This document shows, in pieces, positions 47,241 through 54,432 of a DNA stretch of 54,432 nt. The DNA is from an uncultured Elusimicrobium sp. (GTDB lineage Bacteria; Elusimicrobiota; Elusimicrobia; Elusimicrobiales; Elusimicrobiaceae). A program made the translations under genes and the position numbers. The DNA lies in NCBI GenBank assembly GCA_964442585.1, contig CAYUAA010000001.1, positions 1 to 54,432 of the forward strand, written 5' to 3'. Within the stretch, counting starts at the first letter, position 1. Each line of letters opens with the position of its first letter. Under the pieces are notes generated by a model. The model ran no database searches and had not been told where the DNA came from. It saw only the letters and a list, made by a program, of their open reading frames with translations.

Positions 47241-47315
47241 GCGCCCATAGCTCAATGGATAGAGTGTCAGCCTGCGGAGCTGAAGATACAAGTTCGATTC
47301 CTGTTGGGCGCACCA
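47241..47315 (+). tRNA. tRNA-Arg(GCG), CCA encoded
   Basis: GCGCCCA/TGGGCGC acceptor stem, anticodon loop CT-GCG-GA, GTTCGA; terminator at ~47319-47348. Confidence 0.92.
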
Positions 47316-47667
47316 TTTAAAAAACCCGGTCAAAAGCCGGGTTTTTTTATTAAATAAGCTGAACTTATACGTCTGTTCTTACTCTGCGGGGGTACCCTTT
47401 TAAAAACTCGCGAAAGCAGGGGTTTGGGTGTATGGAGCGAACTTGTACGCCATTTTTTACGCTTACGTCAAAGTCGTACTACAGCGTTATAAATATTTTG
47501 AACCTCGCTTTACGACACCCGTCAGCTTGTTGGGAAATTCTAATGTTGCTGCCGTTGGGTCTTTGGGGTGATTTTGTATAATCTTTTTGTGGTGAAGGAA
47601 TCATTGTGTTTCAGGGGGCGGGATGTATTAGATTCAACGATGGCGTGGCCGCAAAATATAAAAGAAT

Positions 47668-48084
47668 ATGAATATAGGAATAATATTTTTGCTTGTAGGA
47701 TGTTTATTAACCGGCTTTGGATTGTACCGCCTGTTTACCTATTTCCGTTTTTTTAAAAGAGGGATTATTGTAGAGGGAAAGGTGGTAGATATTTTTTCCT
47801 TTCGCAATTCCAAGGGAGTAAGGTTGCACGCGCCCATAGTAGCGTATTCTTTGGCAGGAAAACAACGCATTACGGGAGAAATGGGCACCTTTTTCCGTCC
47901 GAAACTAGGCAAAAAAATGATAGTGGGTATTAATCCCCAAAATTTATCCCAAAGGCGCCTTAAACAAAACAGTTTTGTTTTTATACATTTGTGGCTCAGC
48001 GGGCTGGGCATCGTTTTGATTATGTCATATTTGGGTTCTCGCTTCATCACATTTCAAGGAATAATGAAATTCTTCTTTTCTTAA
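47668..48084 (+). CDS. Membrane protein, DUF3592-like
   Basis: TM segment, VEGKVV, P.V.Y, G....V.INPQN, TM segment. Confidence 0.6.
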   Translation: MNIGIIFLLVGCLLTGFGLYRLFTYFRFFKRGIIVEGKVVDIFSFRNSKGVRLHAPIVAYSLAGKQRITGEMGTFFRPKLGKKMIVGINPQNLSQRRLKQNSFVFIHLWLSGLGIVLIMSYLGSRFITFQGIMKFFFS

Positions 48085-48169
48085 TGAGAAACCGGGCCTG
48101 TCAAGTGAAAGTCCGCTTTAACATCCTGCTCTTTCCCAAAGAAAAGTTTCAAGCGGGAAAAATAAAATT

Positions 48170-48610
48170 TCACATCAGTCCTAAATAAATTAGCCACAAC
48201 AACACAAAGCGTACGCACTTGGCCGGCGCGGCAACCGATAAAAATAACCAAAAATTTATTTTGCTGGCGCCCGCAATCAACATTACCGGGTCGCCAATGC
48301 CCGGCACTCCGGCCAGTAAGAGCGTAATGCGCCCGTGCTTGGCAAACAACTCCTGTGCCTTTTGCAGATATTCTTTTTTAATGGGAAACCAGGATTTTGT
48401 TTCAAACAGGCTTAAATAATGCCCCAGGCCCCAGTTAATGGCCACCCCCAGCACCGTGCCAGCACACGCGACGGCAAGCAGCTTCCACGCGGTATATTTT
48501 CCGGTGGCCATCAGGGCAAACATGACCAGCGAAGCTTGGGCCGGAACCGCCGTGGCGGACAGTATGGAAAGCCCTCCTAAAAAAAATAAAATGTGTAATT
48601 CCTGCAGCAT
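48170..48610 (-). CDS. YqaA/DedA (VTT) family membrane protein
   Basis: LSATAVP, GTVLG..INW.LG, PGIGDP. Confidence 0.82.
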   Translation of the reverse strand: MLQELHILFFLGGLSILSATAVPAQASLVMFALMATGKYTAWKLLAVACAGTVLGVAINWGLGHYLSLFETKSWFPIKKEYLQKAQELFAKHGRITLLLAGVPGIGDPVMLIAGASKINFWLFLSVAAPAKCVRFVLLWLIYLGLM

Positions 48611-48671
48611 AAGTGATACCTCTGTTTATAAATTATCAAGTTGTATTTTGTTTGACAAGGCTCTATAAGGG

Positions 48672-49160
48672 TTAGGTGAGAGCGTTTTCAAACGCGTTCC
48701 GCCACAGACGCAGTTTTTCGTTATACGACAGCGCGGCGTGCGCGGGGCTTGTGGAAGGAAGGGTCAGACAGGTTTTTCCGGCGTTCCCAAACGCGCGTTT
48801 GAAGTGGGCGCGGGCGGCCTGACCGTTAAAAAGCAGCGTATGAATGGCCGGATATTGGGCAAATAAAGCCGGGAAATTGTTTGGCGTAGGCTTAGAAATG
48901 TTGCCGTCCAAACTGCCTGTTCTTTCGCAGGCGGCCAAAGCGTCCCACAGGCCGGTGCGGTTAGTTAAAAGCGTATTGATTTTATCGGCGTAATTAACGG
49001 GCGCGCGCCCAGCGGCGAAAATTTCGAAAGCAATTTTCCAAAATTGGTTGTATTTATAGGCGTAGTATTCCTGCGCTTTTAAAGACGCTTCGCCCGGCAT
49101 GCTGCCGATTACCAAAATGCGCGTTTGCCGGTTGACGGCGGGGGGAAAACTGTAAATCAT
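48672..49160 (-). CDS. DNA-deoxyinosine glycosylase (UDG-like superfamily)
   Basis: GSMPGEASL..EYYA..NQFW, GSLD, LPSTSPA. Confidence 0.88.
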   Translation of the reverse strand: MIYSFPPAVNRQTRILVIGSMPGEASLKAQEYYAYKYNQFWKIAFEIFAAGRAPVNYADKINTLLTNRTGLWDALAACERTGSLDGNISKPTPNNFPALFAQYPAIHTLLFNGQAARAHFKRAFGNAGKTCLTLPSTSPAHAALSYNEKLRLWRNAFENALT

Positions 49161-49209
49161 GAGTTTGTAAAAATGAAAAACCCCGCCGAAGCGGGGTTTT
49201 TGATAAAAA

Positions 49210-50127
49210 TTATTCGGCGATGGCAGCTTCCTGATACGGGGTAATACGAAAGCCTTCTGGCGCCGTTTCCAGTTTGCACCATGTGGGTTTGCCGTTTACG
49301 CGCAGCAGTGCGGTGACGGCGTAAATGTCTTCGGCCGGGATGTCCTCGGCGACGGTGATAATCGAGCCTTTGGCGCTGGAATTTACCGCCACCACTACGG
49401 TAATATCCTGTTTGCCCATGCGTTTACCGGCCCACATAACGGCTTCCGAGGAGTTATCCGTCAAATTGGTTATCGGGGTGCGTGCTGCGCCGGCGCGTCC
49501 GCGAGGTCCCGCAATAGAAAGCAGCAACGTGTTGGATTCACGGCCCACGTCTTTTGTCAAAAGGCCGTTTTCTAAAATATTGCGTATAGCGTCGCCATTG
49601 GTGTTCAAAGCCATCCCGCGGTAAATTAACAGACGTTGGTTTTGGAACGGAAACAGCGGCGCGGTTGTTATTTCCGCCTGAGAAACGGCGAGTTTCGTAA
49701 AATCGGCGGCGGTGAAAGCGCTGGACTGTAATAATTCCGGCCGCGGATTTTTGGGATGATATTCCGCGCCTAAATTTTTTAAATTTTCCCAAGCTTTTCT
49801 GGTAGAAACTCCCACCGAGGTTTGTAATTTGAACAGGGTGCGCTGGTTTCTGTCCACAAAGCCGGCCACCGTGGGATTAACGGCCGGCAAGGGAACGGGT
49901 TTTACGGCGGGCGCAAGTTTTACGGCGGGAGCGGCGGTTCTGGGCACATTTCTTAACGCCGCGTTTGTGGTTTTTAACATAGATTGTTCCGCCGTCATAG
50001 CTGCTTTCGTAGCGGCCGTGCCGGCTTGACGCGACGCTTGAATCCCTTTGCCGAGAGCTTGGCTTTTGGCGTTTGTTGCACTAAACGCGCAGAAGATGCA
50101 AATAAAAAAGGTAATAATTCTGTTCAT
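49210..50127 (-). CDS. Secreted protein, possible ADP-ribosyltransferase-like domain
   Basis: Signal peptide, Ala/Pro linker, IYRG...ILENGL...NLTDNSSEAVMWA...DIP..DI. Confidence 0.6.
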   Translation of the reverse strand: MNRIITFFICIFCAFSATNAKSQALGKGIQASRQAGTAATKAAMTAEQSMLKTTNAALRNVPRTAAPAVKLAPAVKPVPLPAVNPTVAGFVDRNQRTLFKLQTSVGVSTRKAWENLKNLGAEYHPKNPRPELLQSSAFTAADFTKLAVSQAEITTAPLFPFQNQRLLIYRGMALNTNGDAIRNILENGLLTKDVGRESNTLLLSIAGPRGRAGAARTPITNLTDNSSEAVMWAGKRMGKQDITVVVAVNSSAKGSIITVAEDIPAEDIYAVTALLRVNGKPTWCKLETAPEGFRITPYQEAAIAE

Positions 50128-50133
50128 GTTTTT

Positions 50134-50191
50134 ATTATATGTAAATGAGCGGTGAAAAAAAAGGGTCAAAAGACCTATTTTTTTGTAGGTC
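50134..50191 (-). promoter_or_regulatory. Host palindrome GACCTAC-N6-ATAGGTC plus -10 (TATAAT)
   Basis: Minus strand; 32 nt from ATAGGTC to TATAAT. Confidence 0.7.
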
Positions 50192-50213
50192 TTGGAAATG
50201 TTAAGATAAGGCT

Positions 50214-50672
50214 ATGGAAAATTTTATGGTTATTTCTAGCCCGCTGGGTCTGCTTGGACTGACGGAAGAGGCGGGGTTTCTTACGCGCGTGGAATTCGGG
50301 GCGGATCAGGCTTTGGCGCAAGCGGATACGCCTCTTTTGCGTCGTGCGGCGTTGGAACTGTCGGAATTTTTTGCGGGTAAACGCAAGACGTTTGATTTGC
50401 CTCTTCGGCCATCGGGGACGCCTTTTCGTTTAAAAGTATGGCGGGCGTTATGCCAAATCCCGTACGGACAAACCTGCAGTTATGCGGAATTGGCGCGCCG
50501 GGTGGGAAACATAAAGGCTTGCCGGGCCGTAGGCGGGGCCAATCACCATAATCCCATTCCCATCATTATTCCGTGCCACCGCGTGGTGGGAGTGGACGGC
50601 GGTTTAACCGGGTACGGCGGCGGGGTTGATAAAAAACAGTTTTTGTTGGATTTGGAACAACGTTTTAAATAA
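50214..50672 (+). CDS. ogt: Methylated-DNA-protein-cysteine methyltransferase
   Basis: GTPF..VW, IPYG, RAVG.A, IPCHRV. Confidence 0.93.
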   Translation: MENFMVISSPLGLLGLTEEAGFLTRVEFGADQALAQADTPLLRRAALELSEFFAGKRKTFDLPLRPSGTPFRLKVWRALCQIPYGQTCSYAELARRVGNIKACRAVGGANHHNPIPIIIPCHRVVGVDGGLTGYGGGVDKKQFLLDLEQRFK

Positions 50673-50685
50673 GGAGTTTTTATCT

Positions 50686-51411
50686 ATGCAAAACAAAATG
50701 GAACTATTGGCAAAAATTGGTTTATTGCCGTCGGCGGAATTGATGCACGCGGCTGGCGCGGTCCCGCTTGCGGACGCGTTGTTAAAAGCGGGCGTACCGT
50801 GTGTGGAGCTGATATATAACGACCAAGCGGCGCGCGCACTGGAACTGTTGGCGCAAGAACGGCCGGATTTTGTTGCCGGAGTGAATGCGCGTATGCGGGA
50901 AGATGCCGTTTCGGCCCAACAGGCGGGTGCGGCGTTTATTACGGGAGAAGGCGCCACATTGGATGAATCTATCCTGCCCGGCGGTCGGGTGACGGTTGGA
51001 GCCGATTTGATTGCCGCGCGCGATTGGCCGCAGGTGACGCGCCGTGTCAACGATGCGTTGCTGAAATTTTTGGATTTTGGTTTGCGCCATGTGGGCATTA
51101 ACAGTAAAGACGAAGCAGAATCTTCGGCCACGGCGTCTGCTTTTGAGCGGATTTTTGGGTTTGCCAAAGAGGACCGCGGCGGCGCGTATTTCGCGGGTGA
51201 TATTATTGAGGTGATGAAAAAGCCGTTTTACGGTACGCACGGGCATATTGCCGTTTCTACGGCTGACGCCGGCTGTGCGGCGCGGTATTTGGAGACGTGC
51301 GGCGTCAAATTCAACTGGGCGAGCGCCGGCTATAATCCCGACGGCCGCCTGCGCGTGGTGTATTTGCAGGACGAAATCGGCGGGTTTGCTGTGCATATTT
51401 TGCAAAAATAG
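50686..51411 (+). CDS. Truncated KDPG aldolase-like domain fused to a VOC/glyoxalase-like domain
   Basis: A..LADALLKAGVPCVEL, AGAAFI; HVGIN, IEVMK, GHIAV, EIGGFAVH. Confidence 0.6.
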   Translation: MQNKMELLAKIGLLPSAELMHAAGAVPLADALLKAGVPCVELIYNDQAARALELLAQERPDFVAGVNARMREDAVSAQQAGAAFITGEGATLDESILPGGRVTVGADLIAARDWPQVTRRVNDALLKFLDFGLRHVGINSKDEAESSATASAFERIFGFAKEDRGGAYFAGDIIEVMKKPFYGTHGHIAVSTADAGCAARYLETCGVKFNWASAGYNPDGRLRVVYLQDEIGGFAVHILQK

Positions 51412-51483
51412 TATAAAAATCAGCTTGCCGGGTGACGCGCGGCGGTTTAGGCTTAGCGTATCACTCAGCAGGGGGTAAACAGT

Positions 51484-51870
51484 ATGAAAAAAGTGTTAGT
51501 AGTTTTGGTTGTAGGCGTTGCGTTAGGCTTGGTTGCCTGTCGCGCCCAAAAACAGGATGTTTCCGTAAAAGTAGCCGCCCAGGATGTTTATGAGGGCGTA
51601 TTGCCCGCCGGTTCGGGCCCGGGCATTAAAACCACGCTTACGTTGGGGCCGGGCAACTCGTTTGTGCAGGTGTCCGAGTATTTGGGCGAACCCGACGGCG
51701 TATTTATGGATACCGGCCGCTTTACCCAGGAAGGGGATATTATCACTTTGCAGATGGAAGACGGTCCGGCTTATTATATGCTTAAAGAAGATTCCGTTGT
51801 CCGCTTAGGGGCGGACCAACAGCCCGTGACCGGTGCGCTTGCTCCGTATTACGTGCTTGAGAAAAAATAA
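51484..51870 (+). CDS. NlpE/CutF N-terminal-like lipoprotein
   Basis: Lipobox LVAC; YEGVLPAGSGPGIKTTLTL (CxxC absent). Confidence 0.75.
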   Translation: MKKVLVVLVVGVALGLVACRAQKQDVSVKVAAQDVYEGVLPAGSGPGIKTTLTLGPGNSFVQVSEYLGEPDGVFMDTGRFTQEGDIITLQMEDGPAYYMLKEDSVVRLGADQQPVTGALAPYYVLEKK

Positions 51871-51885
51871 AAGGAAGTAATCAAT

Positions 51886-52347
51886 TTAAACGCTCTTGTC
51901 CGGCGTTTGCGCGCGAAGCAGTTGTTCCATCAGCTCAGCCGCGCAGGCAATCATCCCGGCACAAGGGCGTTTTTTGTAGTATTGTTCCGAGCGCGGTTCG
52001 GGCGTGGGATCTTGCGCTCCCGCAACTCCCAGCAGTTCCCGGCAAATAATGGAGCCATTTTTTTCTTTAAATTGCGACGCTAATTTTTGTACCAACGCAT
52101 AATGCGCTGCTTTAGCGGAAGCGTCTCTGGGGTCCGCTGGGCCGTATTTAAGCCCGGCGGCCAGCAATAACCCGCTGAACGCACCGCATACTTCGCGCAG
52201 GCGGCCCATCCCTCCGCCGAAGGAGGACGCAACTTTGGCCGCCATTTCTCTATCCAGGTTCAGCTCGTCGGCAAACGCCAAAAGCACCGCTTGCGCGCAA
52301 CTGTAACCATTTTTAAATAATTCCACCGCTTGTTCACCTTTTGTCAT
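51886..52347 (-). CDS. C_GCAxxG_C_C family protein
   Basis: GYSCAQAV, FGGGMG, VCGAFSG, ICREL. Confidence 0.9.
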   Translation of the reverse strand: MTKGEQAVELFKNGYSCAQAVLLAFADELNLDREMAAKVASSFGGGMGRLREVCGAFSGLLLAAGLKYGPADPRDASAKAAHYALVQKLASQFKEKNGSIICRELLGVAGAQDPTPEPRSEQYYKKRPCAGMIACAAELMEQLLRAQTPDKSV

Positions 52348-52386
52348 ATTTTTATTATAGGATTTTGCGGCTCGTTAGAGTAGGGG

Positions 52387-52467
52387 GACCTATACAAAAA
52401 TAGGTCCGTCGGTCGGAGAGAAATAGGTCTTTTGGGCCTGGATTTTTGGCGGTTTTCAATCTATAAT
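52387..52467 (+). promoter_or_regulatory. Host palindrome with extra half-site plus -10 (TATAAT)
   Basis: GACCTAT-N6-ATAGGTC (52387-52406); second ATAGGTC at 52423-52429, 32 nt before TATAAT. Confidence 0.7.
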
Positions 52468-52473
52468 ATAAAT

Positions 52474-53808
52474 ATGAAAAAACTTATTTTATTCTCTTTT
52501 TCTTTTATTTGTATGCTTGTTCATTCCCTGCCGGCGCAGGCGCAGGGCTCCAAATTGATTGGAGTCGGAAGCAAAGTTGGTACAGTCGCCACAAAAGGGA
52601 CTTCCGCCGCTTTGCGCAAATTACCCGTGGTAAAGGCTCCTACTGTACGTCCTGTTTCCGTGCCCGTTATGCCTGCACCCGCGTCGTCCGTTTCAAGAGC
52701 GGTGTCGGGCTCAGTCGTAAAAGCGCCCCAGGTTCCGGCGGTGGCTGTATCTCCGGACGCGTCTACTATTCATAGACTTGAACAGAGTGTGCAAAATCTG
52801 CGGAAAGAAAATTCCCAGTTAAAAGCTGCGTTGACCCAAATGGTCGCGCATCCGTCTTTACGCCATGCCACGTTCATGGCGGAAGAAACCACCGATCGCC
52901 CCACCAATCCGTTTTCAGGTACCGTTTTTAAAACTGTTTATAACGGTGAAGAAGAAATCTTCGGCGTAGTGGCCTCTCATGCGATTGCCCAGTCCACTCT
53001 CGACCGCGCTTTACACCGTCATTTCACGATGAGCGTTTTCGACGGCGAAAAAATGGTAAAAATGCCCGCCGAAATTGTACAGCTTTCTTCGCCCAGCATG
53101 TTGGATGTGGCGTTGGTTAAATTTTCGCCGGAAGCGGAACCGTTGTTTCATCCGCTGCGTATTAGCGAAGGCCCCGTTCAACTGGGCGAAACGCTTTCTT
53201 CCCAAGGTTTTGCCGGGAATAAAGACGTAAACATTCCGGAACGTAAAATTACCAAAGTAACGCCGCTTTCCGTGCGCACCACGTTGCCTATTGCGCGCGA
53301 CGAGCGCCCCGGTTTGTGTGGCAGTGCCGTGGTAAACGGAAATAAAGAGTTGGTGGGTATTCATACCGGCAGTACGTACGACCGGCAAGACGCCCAATTT
53401 GACGTCGGCTACGCTACGAACGCTTCCTTTTTAAATAAACTGGTGGAAGCGTATCATAACGGGGGAAATGCCACTTTCCCGCTTATTTTAAACGGCCGCG
53501 AAATTATTCCGTTAAACGTAGACGAATATATTTCTTATGTTTCGTTCCAAGATGCCGAAGGAAAACAGCTGTGGCAGAAAGGGTTTGACAGTAAATTCTC
53601 TTACAGCCAGGTTCAGGAAATGTTGGAGATTTATTCTCCCCGTTATATAATGGTTACCGTGCGCCGCGCCGCATGGGATCCGAAAAACCCGGAAATCTTG
53701 TCGGAAAACCGCTCTTCTCGCGACTTGAGCAAAGTTACCTATAAGTATGATTGGGAGTCGGGAGAAGTGGTATCCGTTACGAGAGCAAAAGACAAAGCCC
53801 GCAGATAA
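52474..53808 (+). CDS. Secreted trypsin-fold protease with Cys at the nucleophile position
   Basis: VASHA, LDVALV, PGLCGSAV, LVGIHTG; signal peptide. Confidence 0.72.
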   Translation: MKKLILFSFSFICMLVHSLPAQAQGSKLIGVGSKVGTVATKGTSAALRKLPVVKAPTVRPVSVPVMPAPASSVSRAVSGSVVKAPQVPAVAVSPDASTIHRLEQSVQNLRKENSQLKAALTQMVAHPSLRHATFMAEETTDRPTNPFSGTVFKTVYNGEEEIFGVVASHAIAQSTLDRALHRHFTMSVFDGEKMVKMPAEIVQLSSPSMLDVALVKFSPEAEPLFHPLRISEGPVQLGETLSSQGFAGNKDVNIPERKITKVTPLSVRTTLPIARDERPGLCGSAVVNGNKELVGIHTGSTYDRQDAQFDVGYATNASFLNKLVEAYHNGGNATFPLILNGREIIPLNVDEYISYVSFQDAEGKQLWQKGFDSKFSYSQVQEMLEIYSPRYIMVTVRRAAWDPKNPEILSENRSSRDLSKVTYKYDWESGEVVSVTRAKDKARR

Positions 53809-53873
53809 ATCTTTTTTTGCAACTATAAAAACGCCCCGAATATTTTTCGGGGCGTTTGTTGTTAGAGGGGGGA

Positions 53874-54137
53874 TTATCGGGTGTTTGCGGCGAGTGCTTG
53901 TTTTAAAGCATTAGCCAGTTGGTCGGCGCAGGATGTCCCTTTTCCGCCGCAGTCGTTGCCGGCGAGCAAGTGGATTGTTTCGCGTGCGTCTTTTCCTTCC
54001 ACCAGTTTTCCGATGGCCAATAAATTGCCCGGGCAACCGCCGATGAATTGTACGCGGTGGATTTTGTCTTGTTGGTCAAGTTCAAAGCGTATTTCGCGGG
54101 AACAGACTCCGGCGGTTTGATAAGTGTATGCGGTCAT
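53874..54137 (-). CDS. TSCPD/TIGR03905-like protein
   Basis: GVCSREI, GGCPGNL, CGGKGTSCADQLA. Confidence 0.85.
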   Translation of the reverse strand: MTAYTYQTAGVCSREIRFELDQQDKIHRVQFIGGCPGNLLAIGKLVEGKDARETIHLLAGNDCGGKGTSCADQLANALKQALAANTR

Positions 54138-54201
54138 GTTTTTTATCCTTATATATTAATGTATGAATATTGTAACTTATATTAATGGATAAAGAAAATG
54201 C

Positions 54202-54391
54202 TTGACGTTTTTATTAAAAAATGATTTAATAAATACATAAGCTGATACTGATTGTCGACGGAAAAATAAAAAGCTTGACAAATTTTCAGTAAATATGCTT
54301 TAATAAAAAGGTAGCCAAAAGCAGGCGCAAAAAAGTTTGCAAAAAATAATTTTAAAAAATGTTTGACAAACTTTTAAAAATATGCTTTAAT
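54202..54391 (+). promoter_or_regulatory. Three tandem sigma70 promoters, possibly for an rRNA/tRNA operon beyond the window
   Basis: TTGACG (54202), TTGACA (54275) and TTGACA (54363), each followed 17-18 nt later by TTTAAT preceded by TGn. Confidence 0.65.
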
Positions 54392-54432
54392 AAAAGAGTA
54401 GTGATTGACAAGCCGAGTAGTTGAAGTTAAAG

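Noticed and set aside
50604-51405. Long antisense ORFs (also 12067-12711, 4764-5310, 42584-43069)
   Set aside because: Shadow frames of well-supported genes on the opposite strand

Overview
Bacterial chromosome window. The pilin style and the secreted-protein families suggest Elusimicrobiota, which is inference only. A ~29.7-kb integrative element sits in tRNA-Arg(CCG), bounded by a 54-bp direct repeat (6358-6411 and 36035-36088). It carries a tyrosine integrase and excisionase, a rolling-circle-type Rep, an AbiE toxin-antitoxin pair, a type III R-M system, a Pif1-like helicase, an AddAB-like helicase/nuclease pair, RmuC, a ClpX-like ATPase with a foreign N-terminus, two degenerate DnaB-like proteins, a PD-(D/E)XK nuclease, a wHTH-WYL regulator and an HTH-TPR protein. 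Main finding: seven copies of an 18-bp palindrome (GCGACA-N6-TGTCGC) lie in the island's intergenic regions. In 10 gene-facing orientations the half-site is followed exactly 10 nt later by a -10 hexamer, the geometry of mycobacterial PafBC promoters. This points to an island-wide WYL regulon that links excision to DNA-processing cargo. A second, host-side motif (GACCTAT-N6-ATAGGTC, 32 nt before the -10) precedes three secreted-protein genes, including a 3C-like Cys protease and an ART-like protein. Also present: three unannotated small ORFs, a cluster of hairpins with G-U pairs, a poly-T pilin promoter duplicated inside the island, tRNA-Arg(GCG), and triple tandem promoters at the right edge. 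All calls are by eye; no database searches were run.
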